In this document: positions 54,303 through 64,000 of the stretch, one piece after another | How positions within the stretch are numbered: the stretch's first letter is position 1 | Layout: each line of letters starts with the position of its first letter | Position numbers and translations under genes: made by a program | The notes under the pieces: model-generated | What the model saw: only the letters and a program-made list of their open reading frames with translations | The model's database searches: none | What the model was told of the DNA's origin: nothing | Virus record (IMG/VR): IMGVR_UViG_3300021962_000036 | Coordinates: 1 to 64,000 of that record | Length of the DNA: 64,000 bases | Reading direction: 5' to 3' (one strand) | Source: a virus

Positions 54303-57300
54303 ATGGCAGAGAATATAACATTTGATTTTAATCAAGGTATACCTGATCAAGGCTTGATTGGTGAAACAACTTCACCATTAGAAACTCCTATTGATCCACC
54401 TAAAAAAGGCAAAGGTAGTTTTAGTAGTAGTTTTGATTCTCTTAATACTCAGAGTGTTAAAGATATATACTACAGCGACCAACCTAAAAGTATCTTAGAT
54501 AAATTAAACAGACCTGTTGGACCTAGCGGTGTTGCTTATGCACCAGAGTCTTTGACAGATCAATATATGTATCAAGAAGGATTTGAAGCAAAACACTTTA
54601 ATCCATTTGATACTACAAACTATCAAAAATTTGCTGATAAAGAAACATGGGGTTCTGCATTAGATAAAGGTTTTGATTCATTTGGTTATAAGTTTGGTAA
54701 TACTTTTTCAGATTACTGGAAAGGTTATGGACGTATGGCTGAAGCATTGTTTACTCTTGACTGGGACAAAATGAAACCAGATGAGACCACAATGATGGAA
54801 ACATACTATCAAGACCAGTTAGACATGAAGAAAAACTTTGTGTTTGAACAACCTCAAAATGAGGATAGTATCTTTGGTAAAAGAACAATGTCTGAGTTTA
54901 TTGGTAATGCTGGTTTTGCATTAGGAACATTTGCAGGACTTGGTATTGAAATTGCAGCTGATATTGCTATTACTGCTTTAACAGGAGGTGCAGGTGCTGA
55001 AACATTTGCATTAACTGCTGCTAATCAGGCTGCAAGAACTGCTGCAAGACAAGCTACAAAAGGAGGACTTAGAACTTTTGGTAGAGATGTATTACAAGGT
55101 TTTGGTAAACTTGGTGCTAAAAGTGTAGACGAACTTGCTGTATTAAACAAAATAGATGAAGCTGCAACAATAGCTGGAGCATCAGCATCACCATTAAGAA
55201 GTACAGTTGCACAAACATTTGAAGCATTTAATTATAGTTGGCTTAAAACTTTAAAGTCTAAATCATTTAGTGAATTTGGAGAAAACCTTTTAAAAGGTAC
55301 TCCATTACTTGGTACAGGAATTAGATATGGAGAAAGAGTTGCTGCAGCTGCCAAAGGTGGTGCATCAGCTGGTCAACTAGTTGGACTAGGTTTACAGGGA
55401 GTAAGACGTGTTGGTCAAGAAATGAACATGGCAGCTACTGAAGCAAGTTTTGAAGCAGTAACATCTTATGGTGATACTCTTGACAAAATGGTTCAGCAGT
55501 ACAAGATTGATAATGAAGGTGGTGTTCCAACAGCAGAAGAATTTGAAAAAATGAGAGGACTTGCAATGAAAGCAAGTTCATCTAACTTTAATACTAACAT
55601 GGCAGTATTACTTGCAACAAACCAATTACAATTTGGTACATTGTTTAGTAAATTCTTGCCAGCAAACATGTTAGCTAATGACGTTGCTGAGCAAATTCTA
55701 AGAGTAGAAGGAAAAGCAGCAGCTGCTAAACTTTACAAAAAAGGATTTACTGGAACTTATGGTGTATTAGGTCAAGTTGCAAAAGACTTTGGTAAAAAAG
55801 AAGCAGCATATCAATTTGGAAAAGCATTCTTTAAAGATGCCCTAAAGTTTGAAATTGCAGAAGGTCTTCAAGAAAACGTACAAGAAACAACTGCTGCAGG
55901 ATGGAGAGACTACTATGCTGGTCAAATGAATGGTACAAAGTATTCTTTATCACAAGCATTTGGAAAAGGAGCAGAAGAACAATTTACAAAACAAGGTTTA
56001 AAGACATTCTTAATGGGTGCTTTAACAGGTTCTGTAATCAGACTCCCAACAGCTGTTGCATCACGTTCTTTAGATGCTGCAAATAAAGCTGTTATCAGTA
56101 ATCAATATAAAAATGATCCAACGTCAAATCCTATTGTAAAAGCTGAAAAGCAATTAGATGAGGACTTGGCACAAATGAACTCATTGTTTAAACAAGCTCA
56201 TGAGGGTAAGTTTGAACAAAAAGTATTTAACTTTAATGCACAAATGAATGCTGCTCAAGAAGTAGCAGAAGGCGCAGCGCAGGGTTCAAGATATGATTTT
56301 GAAAATGGTAAAGATAACTCATTGTTATCTGCTGTAGCAAGTGCAAAACGTACACACTCAATTGACATGCTTTACAAAGCTGTAAAGGATATGGGTGTAG
56401 AAATGACTGCTGAAGATTTTGAAAAATCATTTGGTTACAAATTAGAAAACACAAAATATGCTACAGCTCAAGACTTTTCTGAATCTGTAGCTAGAGATAT
56501 TAAAAAGTATTCTGATACTATTGATAATGTAACAAGTCACGTTAAGAATAAATTAGCCAATCCAATGGCTTATTCTGCAGGTAGTAGAGGTAAATTTGTT
56601 ACAAGTTTAACAAGACAAGCACAAGAAGATGCTATTCAGGTAATTGCATTGAATAGTGTTAAAGGTGAAATGGCTGCAAATCGTGCTAAACAAGTTGCAA
56701 GTGAAATACTAGCTATGCCTAACATGGGCATTTCTGCAGATTTTGCATTAAGAACTTTGACAAATGCAGGATCAGTTGACGCTGAAGTAGGTAATATTGT
56801 TGCAGAACTTAAGATTTTAAATACAAACATGCAGGCAGAAGGTCTTGAACCTGACGCAAAGAAAGCATTGGCTGAACAGATTGCAAATAAACAAGAAGAA
56901 CTTGCATTAGTTAACAAATGGAAAACATTCTGGGACACTAGAAAAAATGTAATAGGGAAAGACTCTGAAGGCAATGATATTGCAGAAGATGAATCTGACT
57001 TGTTTGTAGGCCAAAAGTATAGAGGAAAACTTGAAACTCAAGATGAAAATGGTGACTTTATTTTATCAGAAGAGGAACAGGACTTATTTAGTATAGACCA
57101 TCCTGAAGTTATAAACACATTCAGAAAGTTAATGTCTATTAAAAATAAACAAGCTGGTAACAATACTGAAATATCTGAACAAACACTAAGAGATTCTTTT
57201 GAAAAGGTTTATGACTACATGAGATTAGACCAAGACACTAAAGACTATATGAGGTCTGTAGATGTGTTAATGAATCCTGAAAATTTCCAAAGAGCATTAG

Positions 57301-58739
57301 CTAGAATGGCTGATGGTAAGTTTAAACATAAGTTAATCAATTATGTAGATACAGTATCAGCGCGTTATTCAGTCGCTGCTATGTCTGCTGCAGTAGAACT
57401 TGGATTAAATCAACAAGAGTACATAAATCTATTAGCTGATATTGGAACTGCTGTAACGTCAAGTGAAGCATACAATAACATTCTTACTTTGGCAGTAGAT
57501 CCAAATGTTGGTATTGAAAACGCAGAGTATGCTCAAAAATTATCAGAGCAGATAAATGAAACCATTAAAACTGCAGTTAAAGAAGGTATTGCAAAATACA
57601 AGTCTGATGGCATATCTGATTTGTCAGTAGAAGAATTAGATGAAATTATTGCAGCTGGTACAATAGATGATGCAAGTGTTAGAAAGTTAGTTATTCTTGA
57701 CAAGTTAGTAAAGAATCAACCTTTACTTCCTAATGAACAAAAGGTTTATGATTTGTTTAAAGAAGATTTTGACAAAGAAGCAGAAGCACAGAAAGCTGCA
57801 CAACCTGTTGCGCAAGAACCTATTATTCCTGTAAATCAAGAAGAGTTGCCTGAAATTGGCCCTGATGGTGAGTTAGTTGATAGAGTTCCTGTAAATGGTG
57901 GTGATCAAGTAGAGGAAGAAGCACCTGTTACATTTGTAGATGAAAATGGTGAAGTTGCAGAAGAACCTGCACCTATTGAAACAGAAGTAGAAACTTTAAC
58001 TCCAGTAGAACCAGCTCAAACACAAACAACAACTGAGGAGGGTGTTGAAGGTGTTGGTGCTCAAGATGCGTCTAGCATGCTTGCTGGACTACTTGGTATT
58101 GAACCTGTAGAGAATGAAGAACCATTTGTTGTTGAAGGTACTACAGAGTCAGGATTTGATGTTGTAGACAAAAGCAATACTCCAGTAACAAATGAGAAGT
58201 TTGAAACAGAAGATAAAGCTCAAGAACTTTCTGACAGTTTAAATGCTACAAGATTGAACTTAGAGTTTGCTAAACAATTTATATCTCCAATGTTAGAAGA
58301 TCTTTCTGACAATGGTAAAATTGTAGAGATGCATGATCGTGCGATGAAATCAATGAAAAGATTTAACAGCATGAACAAGACAAACTTTGAAACTCTTGAA
58401 GAATATTACAAGACTCCAAAAGGTAAAGAGTTGTTAAATGGTATTAGAGATTCTGTCATTTCAGGTCAACCTGTTAAGTATGGTAAACCTAAAGCAATTG
58501 TTGTTACAACAAATGATGAGAATCAACCAACATTATTTGATACAACAACATCACCAGCAACTTCTGCAAGTTTAACTCTTGAAAGTTTACAAGCATTACA
58601 CAGTAAAATCCAAGGTTCAATTTCTACACCAGAAGTACAACAAATATCAGAAAAAAATAGTAAATTTGTAGAGGGAGGAATTGTCACAGAAGAATCAATT
58701 TTAGATGAGTTGAGGAAGATAACTGACTGTTTCTCTTAA
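54303..58739 (+). CDS. large virion cargo/ejection protein with Gly/Ala-rich hydrophobic segments
   Basis: 1478 aa; FIGNAGFALGTFAGLGIEIAADIAITALTGGAG; EGLQENVQ motif. Confidence 0.7.
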   Translation: MAENITFDFNQGIPDQGLIGETTSPLETPIDPPKKGKGSFSSSFDSLNTQSVKDIYYSDQPKSILDKLNRPVGPSGVAYAPESLTDQYMYQEGFEAKHFNPFDTTNYQKFADKETWGSALDKGFDSFGYKFGNTFSDYWKGYGRMAEALFTLDWDKMKPDETTMMETYYQDQLDMKKNFVFEQPQNEDSIFGKRTMSEFIGNAGFALGTFAGLGIEIAADIAITALTGGAGAETFALTAANQAARTAARQATKGGLRTFGRDVLQGFGKLGAKSVDELAVLNKIDEAATIAGASASPLRSTVAQTFEAFNYSWLKTLKSKSFSEFGENLLKGTPLLGTGIRYGERVAAAAKGGASAGQLVGLGLQGVRRVGQEMNMAATEASFEAVTSYGDTLDKMVQQYKIDNEGGVPTAEEFEKMRGLAMKASSSNFNTNMAVLLATNQLQFGTLFSKFLPANMLANDVAEQILRVEGKAAAAKLYKKGFTGTYGVLGQVAKDFGKKEAAYQFGKAFFKDALKFEIAEGLQENVQETTAAGWRDYYAGQMNGTKYSLSQAFGKGAEEQFTKQGLKTFLMGALTGSVIRLPTAVASRSLDAANKAVISNQYKNDPTSNPIVKAEKQLDEDLAQMNSLFKQAHEGKFEQKVFNFNAQMNAAQEVAEGAAQGSRYDFENGKDNSLLSAVASAKRTHSIDMLYKAVKDMGVEMTAEDFEKSFGYKLENTKYATAQDFSESVARDIKKYSDTIDNVTSHVKNKLANPMAYSAGSRGKFVTSLTRQAQEDAIQVIALNSVKGEMAANRAKQVASEILAMPNMGISADFALRTLTNAGSVDAEVGNIVAELKILNTNMQAEGLEPDAKKALAEQIANKQEELALVNKWKTFWDTRKNVIGKDSEGNDIAEDESDLFVGQKYRGKLETQDENGDFILSEEEQDLFSIDHPEVINTFRKLMSIKNKQAGNNTEISEQTLRDSFEKVYDYMRLDQDTKDYMRSVDVLMNPENFQRALARMADGKFKHKLINYVDTVSARYSVAAMSAAVELGLNQQEYINLLADIGTAVTSSEAYNNILTLAVDPNVGIENAEYAQKLSEQINETIKTAVKEGIAKYKSDGISDLSVEELDEIIAAGTIDDASVRKLVILDKLVKNQPLLPNEQKVYDLFKEDFDKEAEAQKAAQPVAQEPIIPVNQEELPEIGPDGELVDRVPVNGGDQVEEEAPVTFVDENGEVAEEPAPIETEVETLTPVEPAQTQTTTEEGVEGVGAQDASSMLAGLLGIEPVENEEPFVVEGTTESGFDVVDKSNTPVTNEKFETEDKAQELSDSLNATRLNLEFAKQFISPMLEDLSDNGKIVEMHDRAMKSMKRFNSMNKTNFETLEEYYKTPKGKELLNGIRDSVISGQPVKYGKPKAIVVTTNDENQPTLFDTTTSPATSASLTLESLQALHSKIQGSISTPEVQQISEKNSKFVEGGIVTEESILDELRKITDCFS

Positions 58740-58767
58740 TCTTCGTAAAATCAAAGAATATAAAGGT

Positions 58768-61700
58768 ATGGCATGTCAAATACAAACTGACAAGTACACT
58801 TCAGTTGTACTTAACTTAATTAAATTAGACCCTTCAGTATATAGTAATTTTGATAACGCTTCAAAGTTTATACTTGGCAGTGCATTGACACCTGAGCAAA
58901 AGATGATGTCATTGCATAACATGGCATATATCTACAAGGGCCTGGCTGGTATTGATAATAAATTTTACAATGCTGGAAATGCTGAAGGTATCATTAGTGC
59001 TGTTGTATTAATGGATGATCCATCAAAGTATGTGTCAAGTGTTAGTGAAATATTAGGTGTCAAGAAACCTTCAGCTTTAAAAGTTGAGAGTATTTCTAAA
59101 GCAATTGATAAGCTATCTTCTAAGAAGAACATCACACGTCAAGATTTAATTTCTTCTGAAGGTATACTTACATCTGTAAAAAACTATTTCAGTGTTACAG
59201 TATTTCCTACTAACGAAGAAAGAGAGCAATTACTAAATGAATTTTCTACTGCAATTAAAACTGCAATTACAGAACATGATTCACCTCAAGCTCACAAAGA
59301 CTTCTTAATCAAGCAAGTAGATGAAGCAATAAATTCTTTAAGAAAATCTTCTAGTTTTATTCCATTGTCAGATATTGCTAATCTAGCAGATTTGAACAAT
59401 GTATTGATTACTTTGACAAATGGTCAAATGGTTGAGGGCGTTAGACAAGATGAGCAATTTAAAATTATTACAAGTGATGGTTCATTACAAACAGTAGAAG
59501 CATCACAGATTCTTACAGCAAAAGATGCACGTGTTGCAGATAACTCAAGAAGTAATGCTGGAGAACAAGTATTTCAAGAACACACTTTACTTTCTAGTTT
59601 TTCAATTAAAGCTGTTGATTCAGCGGATCAATTTGAATTAGAAAAGAAATTGGCTAACATGAAAAATCCACAAGCTGGTATTAAAATTCATGCAGTCAAG
59701 TTAAGCGATGTAGCAGATAGAAGAGTAGAACGTATACAAGAAGCTGCAAAACAAAATCCTAAGTATTCATCTCTAGAGAATAGAGAACATGAGACTTTTG
59801 AAAATGCTACACAAATAAAAGCATTACAATCATCTTCTTCTAAGAAGATTATGACTGTGTCTAGACCTAAAGCAAGTGAACAACAGTTTGTTCTTGTTGG
59901 TGAGATTATTGGAAGTGGTGAGAAATTTTATATGTATTCTTCTGACAACTTTGTTTTTGTTAGTAGTGATAACACAACAGAAAGAGTTGACTTTACAAAT
60001 CCAGAACATATGGAATTGGTTAAGTCTCTTGCTGTAAAGAACACAAAAGAAGGAAACAAATCATTGTCTGATACAGATATCATTGCAATGTCTGAGTCTA
60101 ATAAATTATTCCAAGGTTTTAAAGCAAGTCTTTCTGACAAGGTTGCAAGTTTATCTGATAACTCACTTGATGTTACTAGTGAATTTTTTAATGCTTATGA
60201 AGCTAGTTCAAAAAGAACAGACATAAACAAAAAACAATTATTAAAGAATGAGATTGAAGTAGATACTACTTTATCTAAACCTTTGACAGTTGTTACAATG
60301 GTAGATGGAGTTATTGCTAATACAGAAGTAGTTAGTGTACCATTCATTTATACAAAAGTAAAAAATGACCCATACATCTTAAAACCATTCTTGGCAAAAG
60401 GGCAACTTATTCAATTAGAAAATGGTGCTACTGTTTCTCAAGAAGTATACGCAAGTGATGTGTTAGGTATTAATCCTTCTGAGATACAAGGTAAAATTGT
60501 AAAACCAGAGCATGGTAATCAACTAAACATATTGTTACGTTTCAACAATGATGGTACAATTGGATATAGAAGTATTGCTCCTGTATTACAAATGTCTCAG
60601 CAAGTAGAGTTTGCAAAATTCATTGTATCATTGGCTAATATTCTTCAGACATCTGCAAACAGAACTGGTGATATTAGAAACTTTGATAGAAACTCATATG
60701 GTTTTAAGTTTTACAATAAAGCAAAACAAGGACCTAATGATGACAATAGAGCACCATTGCGTGTAAACTTTGCAACATCAAAAGCAGGACAGTTACAAAT
60801 AGAAATAAGACCAATGGACAAACAAGGTCCTTATGGTTTTATTGCTGAAACAGAAAACAAGAATCAATTTAACTTTCCAGTTAATGAAGCTATTATAACA
60901 AACTTAGCTAAAGCATTACTAGGAAAGGGTAATTTAGTTAATCAAGTAAAAGAAGCATATCCTGCTTTGAAGACTTTGGATTTAACAAATACAAAAGACT
61001 TAGTTACATTCTATGAGCAGGTAAACAAATTAAGTAATTCAGAAACTGCACTTCCTGTTTTAAAACAGTTAAGTGATAGTATTGAGAAAGCTCAAAAAGA
61101 ATTTGCTGAATACTTGGTTAATAATATTATAAACAAACTTGCTGAAAGAACAACAATGTTCCCAGAGTTTGTAGAACAATTAAAGAAAGACTTTACATTC
61201 AATGGTGTGTACAGACCAGAATTGTTAGTGGCTGACACTGATGAATCAGGTGTATTATATCCTAGAATAGAATATGCACAACCTGCAGAACGCAAAGAGT
61301 ATCGTGAAGATCTTGCAAACTTTAAAATATTACAAGCAAACAGTAAGAAGTTTACAGTAGTACCAAAAGCTGCAACTCCACAAGTTACAAAATCACAAGA
61401 AGTATTAACTCCAATTGTAGAAAGTGAAAAGATTCACAAACAAGAACCTTTAAATACAATTGAAGATGACACTACAGATATTCCTGATATTGAAGTATTC
61501 TCTTTAGTTGGGGATGAGAATGTTATTGTAGAGACAGATGAACAAAGATTAGCAGCATCTGAGTGGTTGTCACAATCTTTACCACAATTTGAAATTGATA
61601 ATGGTTCTCTAGCAGACATTATTGATCTTACTAAATTAGACGGTACTGTTCTTGGTGCATTTAAAGATAGAGTTATCTATTTAAATAATGCATTAAAAGG

Positions 61701-63999
61701 ACAAGGTGTAATTTATCATGAAGCTTTCCACGGTGTATTCAGATTCTTAATGAGTTCTGAAGAAAGACAAAATCTTATCAATGCTGTTTCTGATAATAAA
61801 AAGCATGCTGGTAAGTTCACAGAAAGCGCTCTAAAGGAGTTTGCACGTCAACGCAACTATGTGTATAACAAAGAAGAAATGACGCGCTTACAGGCAGAAG
61901 AAATTCTAGCTGATGGATTCCAAAACTACATGTTAAAGAATACTAAACCAAAAGGTATTCTTGGTCAGTTTATGGCAATGCTTAAAAAGTTATTGGCAAT
62001 GTTTGCTTCTAAAGGAGCTTACATTGATAACGTGTATGGTAAAATCAAAAACGGTCAATATAGAAATGAGGTAATCTCTTCTGGTATACATGAAGGTCAA
62101 ATAGCTTATGAATTAATACCAGGACTTAAGCAGGTAGTATCAACCCCAGCAGGTGTTGGGCAAAGAACAAGTGTCTTGTCTAAAGCAGATCAAGATCAAC
62201 TTGTAAACATGCTTGCAGGATATGTAATTGAAGATGGTCAAAAAGAAGCATTCTCTACAAAATTTGATAGAATTGCTCAGTTAGTATTAGACTATGAATA
62301 TAACATGGATGTTTTGTTAAGAACAAACTCTGAGTTATTTAAGTCTAACCCTGGCCTTAAGGAAAAAGTAATCAAAACAATGGGACCTTTGTATGCTAAC
62401 TACAGATTTATGTTGGGAGCTAGAGCAAAAGGTGAAGCATTGTATGATTTAAATACAACAGATAATCCATCTTATGACAACAGGTTTAACAAAAACAATT
62501 CTGTTAAAGTATATGGTGAAGAAGAAGCACAGGATAATCACTTGGGTCAAGTGTCATATGAGATGCTTAAAAAACAAGTTAAAGAGCAAGTTGATAAAGT
62601 AAACTCTATTCTTGATGGTACTGAAAAGACTTCTGATAAAGATGTTGTTGAAAAAGAAATAGCTGGTGCAAATGAAAATACAATTGCAAATGATGATGCA
62701 GAAGACGAACAAGAAGTTTCAGAATCATCTGATTTTGATGCTTCATTCAATGAGATAAATGCATTAGAGTCTTTGCCAAGACAAATTAGAAAGTTCTTAG
62801 CAGTAGTAAGATATGACCAAGTTCACCCAACATTAGGAATTAAAGTTCCAAGAATGATTGCAGGTGAACAATTGTTTGGTTCACTTATTAAAGTATCTGC
62901 AGAGATGGACCCAAGAAATATTATTGAGCACATCAAGATTGTTGCAGAACAACAAATTGAAGATGGGTACTTTAATTCTGGAAATGACCTAATGGCTGTT
63001 TATGACAAGTTAAGTCGTTACACCAAAATGGATGAGTCAGGAACACCTCAATCTAATAAGCAATTATATAACATGATAGTTGATGTCTTACATAAGACTG
63101 AGATTGATTATGTAATGATTGATGTAAAAACATCACAAACTTTCTTGGAAGGGGATGAGGTTCTTACAGATACAAGAAACTTTACACTTGTTGATAAAGT
63201 ACATTCACAAGATGTAAATAATAAGAAAAGAAATTTAGTTACATCTGTTATTGAGATGTACAAAGAAAATAAAAATAATCCTGAGTACTTAGCTGCAGTA
63301 AATAAATTGTTGCAATTGTCACGTACAATTAAGACAAGCAGTTTTATTTTAAGTGATGTTACATCTCAAAATGCAAAATTAGAAAGTATTACTACTGAAC
63401 TACAAAAAGCATTTGAAGATGTAGGCATGAAGTTTCCTAAGTCTTTGATTAGAATGTCTGTTATGGCAATTGATCAAGTTGATAATAAAGCAACTTTAAA
63501 TATTACAGGAACTCCATTAACACATTATAATAATCACTCTAAATTTATTTCTGAGAAGAAGTATTTAGAAAAAGATTTCTTTACAGATGTGATTAATATA
63601 TTTGAAAAGATAAGTGTAAACAAAATCTCTTCAAATGACTTTGCAGTATTGCTTGATGAAAAGAATAGCAAAAGTGATACAGTTAATCGTTTTAACTCAA
63701 TCATTAAAAAAGCTGCAGAATATATTGTTAAGTATGATCCTAATGAATTACCAAGTACTGTGCGTAACGCAGAGGGTAAACCAATTTACAGATACGTAAG
63801 TTATACTCCTGCAACTATTATTGCTCAGTCTATACGTACAAAAGGTTTACTTGAAACTTTAAAAGAAGATCCTTTCTATGCAGATTTCTTAGAATCTTTC
63901 TATGCTGATAATGCAATGTTAGGTGACTTACTTAAAGGATTAGATACACAAAAAGCAAGAGAAATGAAATTGTTTATGGACAACTTCAAAGTATCATTG
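58768..63999 (+). CDS. giant polyvalent cargo protein with zincin metallopeptidase domain, 3' truncated (not in ORF track)
   Basis: ATG 58768 (MACQIQTDKY); in-frame and open at every point checked up to the window end; IYHEAFHGVF at about 61711-61740 and downstream EEILAD. Confidence 0.85.
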   Translation, partial: MACQIQTDKYTSVVLNLIKLDPSVYSNFDNASKFILGSALTPEQKMMSLHNMAYIYKGLAGIDNKFYNAGNAEGIISAVVLMDDPSKYVSSVSEILGVKKPSALKVESISKAIDKLSSKKNITRQDLISSEGILTSVKNYFSVTVFPTNEEREQLLNEFSTAIKTAITEHDSPQAHKDFLIKQVDEAINSLRKSSSFIPLSDIANLADLNNVLITLTNGQMVEGVRQDEQFKIITSDGSLQTVEASQILTAKDARVADNSRSNAGEQVFQEHTLLSSFSIKAVDSADQFELEKKLANMKNPQAGIKIHAVKLSDVADRRVERIQEAAKQNPKYSSLENREHETFENATQIKALQSSSSKKIMTVSRPKASEQQFVLVGEIIGSGEKFYMYSSDNFVFVSSDNTTERVDFTNPEHMELVKSLAVKNTKEGNKSLSDTDIIAMSESNKLFQGFKASLSDKVASLSDNSLDVTSEFFNAYEASSKRTDINKKQLLKNEIEVDTTLSKPLTVVTMVDGVIANTEVVSVPFIYTKVKNDPYILKPFLAKGQLIQLENGATVSQEVYASDVLGINPSEIQGKIVKPEHGNQLNILLRFNNDGTIGYRSIAPVLQMSQQVEFAKFIVSLANILQTSANRTGDIRNFDRNSYGFKFYNKAKQGPNDDNRAPLRVNFATSKAGQLQIEIRPMDKQGPYGFIAETENKNQFNFPVNEAIITNLAKALLGKGNLVNQVKEAYPALKTLDLTNTKDLVTFYEQVNKLSNSETALPVLKQLSDSIEKAQKEFAEYLVNNIINKLAERTTMFPEFVEQLKKDFTFNGVYRPELLVADTDESGVLYPRIEYAQPAERKEYREDLANFKILQANSKKFTVVPKAATPQVTKSQEVLTPIVESEKIHKQEPLNTIEDDTTDIPDIEVFSLVGDENVIVETDEQRLAASEWLSQSLPQFEIDNGSLADIIDLTKLDGTVLGAFKDRVIYLNNALKGQGVIYHEAFHGVFRFLMSSEERQNLINAVSDNKKHAGKFTESALKEFARQRNYVYNKEEMTRLQAEEILADGFQNYMLKNTKPKGILGQFMAMLKKLLAMFASKGAYIDNVYGKIKNGQYRNEVISSGIHEGQIAYELIPGLKQVVSTPAGVGQRTSVLSKADQDQLVNMLAGYVIEDGQKEAFSTKFDRIAQLVLDYEYNMDVLLRTNSELFKSNPGLKEKVIKTMGPLYANYRFMLGARAKGEALYDLNTTDNPSYDNRFNKNNSVKVYGEEEAQDNHLGQVSYEMLKKQVKEQVDKVNSILDGTEKTSDKDVVEKEIAGANENTIANDDAEDEQEVSESSDFDASFNEINALESLPRQIRKFLAVVRYDQVHPTLGIKVPRMIAGEQLFGSLIKVSAEMDPRNIIEHIKIVAEQQIEDGYFNSGNDLMAVYDKLSRYTKMDESGTPQSNKQLYNMIVDVLHKTEIDYVMIDVKTSQTFLEGDEVLTDTRNFTLVDKVHSQDVNNKKRNLVTSVIEMYKENKNNPEYLAAVNKLLQLSRTIKTSSFILSDVTSQNAKLESITTELQKAFEDVGMKFPKSLIRMSVMAIDQVDNKATLNITGTPLTHYNNHSKFISEKKYLEKDFFTDVINIFEKISVNKISSNDFAVLLDEKNSKSDTVNRFNSIIKKAAEYIVKYDPNELPSTVRNAEGKPIYRYVSYTPATIIAQSIRTKGLLETLKEDPFYADFLESFYADNAMLGDLLKGLDTQKAREMKLFMDNFKVSL

Positions 64000-64000
64000 T

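Noticed and set aside
62731-62745. RNA polymerase catalytic motif in the giant ORF (DFDAS)
   Set aside because: It lacks the third Asp of DxDxD and sits in an acidic linker; any RNAP core is probably beyond the window
19827-62750. Numerous short antisense or alternate-frame ORFs inside long genes
   Set aside because: Shadow ORFs without leaders or recognisable motifs
1-64000. Stop-codon reassignment as in some crAss-like phages
   Set aside because: Long genes are intact in the standard code, TAG and TGA end real genes, and no suppressor tRNA is present

Overview
A 64-kb slice of an AT-rich dsDNA phage genome with the gene order of crAss-like (Crassvirales-related) podoviruses. The host is probably Bacteroidota, judging from TAnnTTTG promoters and A-rich leaders without Shine-Dalgarno sites. 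Positions 1-11.9 kb are minus-strand early/middle genes: a MoxR-type AAA+ ATPase with a vWA partner, a phosphoesterase, an HTH protein, a glucosaminidase, an HNH-like protein, small lipoproteins and a tandem paralog pair. Transcription switches strand near 12 kb. The plus strand then carries a tRNA/ncRNA block, GroES-like and IHF-like genes, a PD-(D/E)XK nuclease, terminase, portal, scaffold-like and major capsid genes, Cys-rich adhesin-like genes, tail genes and giant cargo genes, the last running off the window. The standard genetic code fits. Main leads: (1) a cargo polyprotein of mini-domains punctuated by about 19 [M/Y/F/W/A]-x-x-GG motifs; (2) an HDV/CPEB3-like double pseudoknot after the capsid gene with a competing antisense strand; (3) a ~300-nt closed-stem ncRNA behind a boxA-like site, plus two non-canonical tRNA-like RNAs; (4) thrombospondin-1 repeats and an FN3 domain split across two in-frame genes; (5) a hairpin whose loop is complementary to several late-gene leaders. 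All calls are by-eye motif recognition and manual folding; no database search was run.
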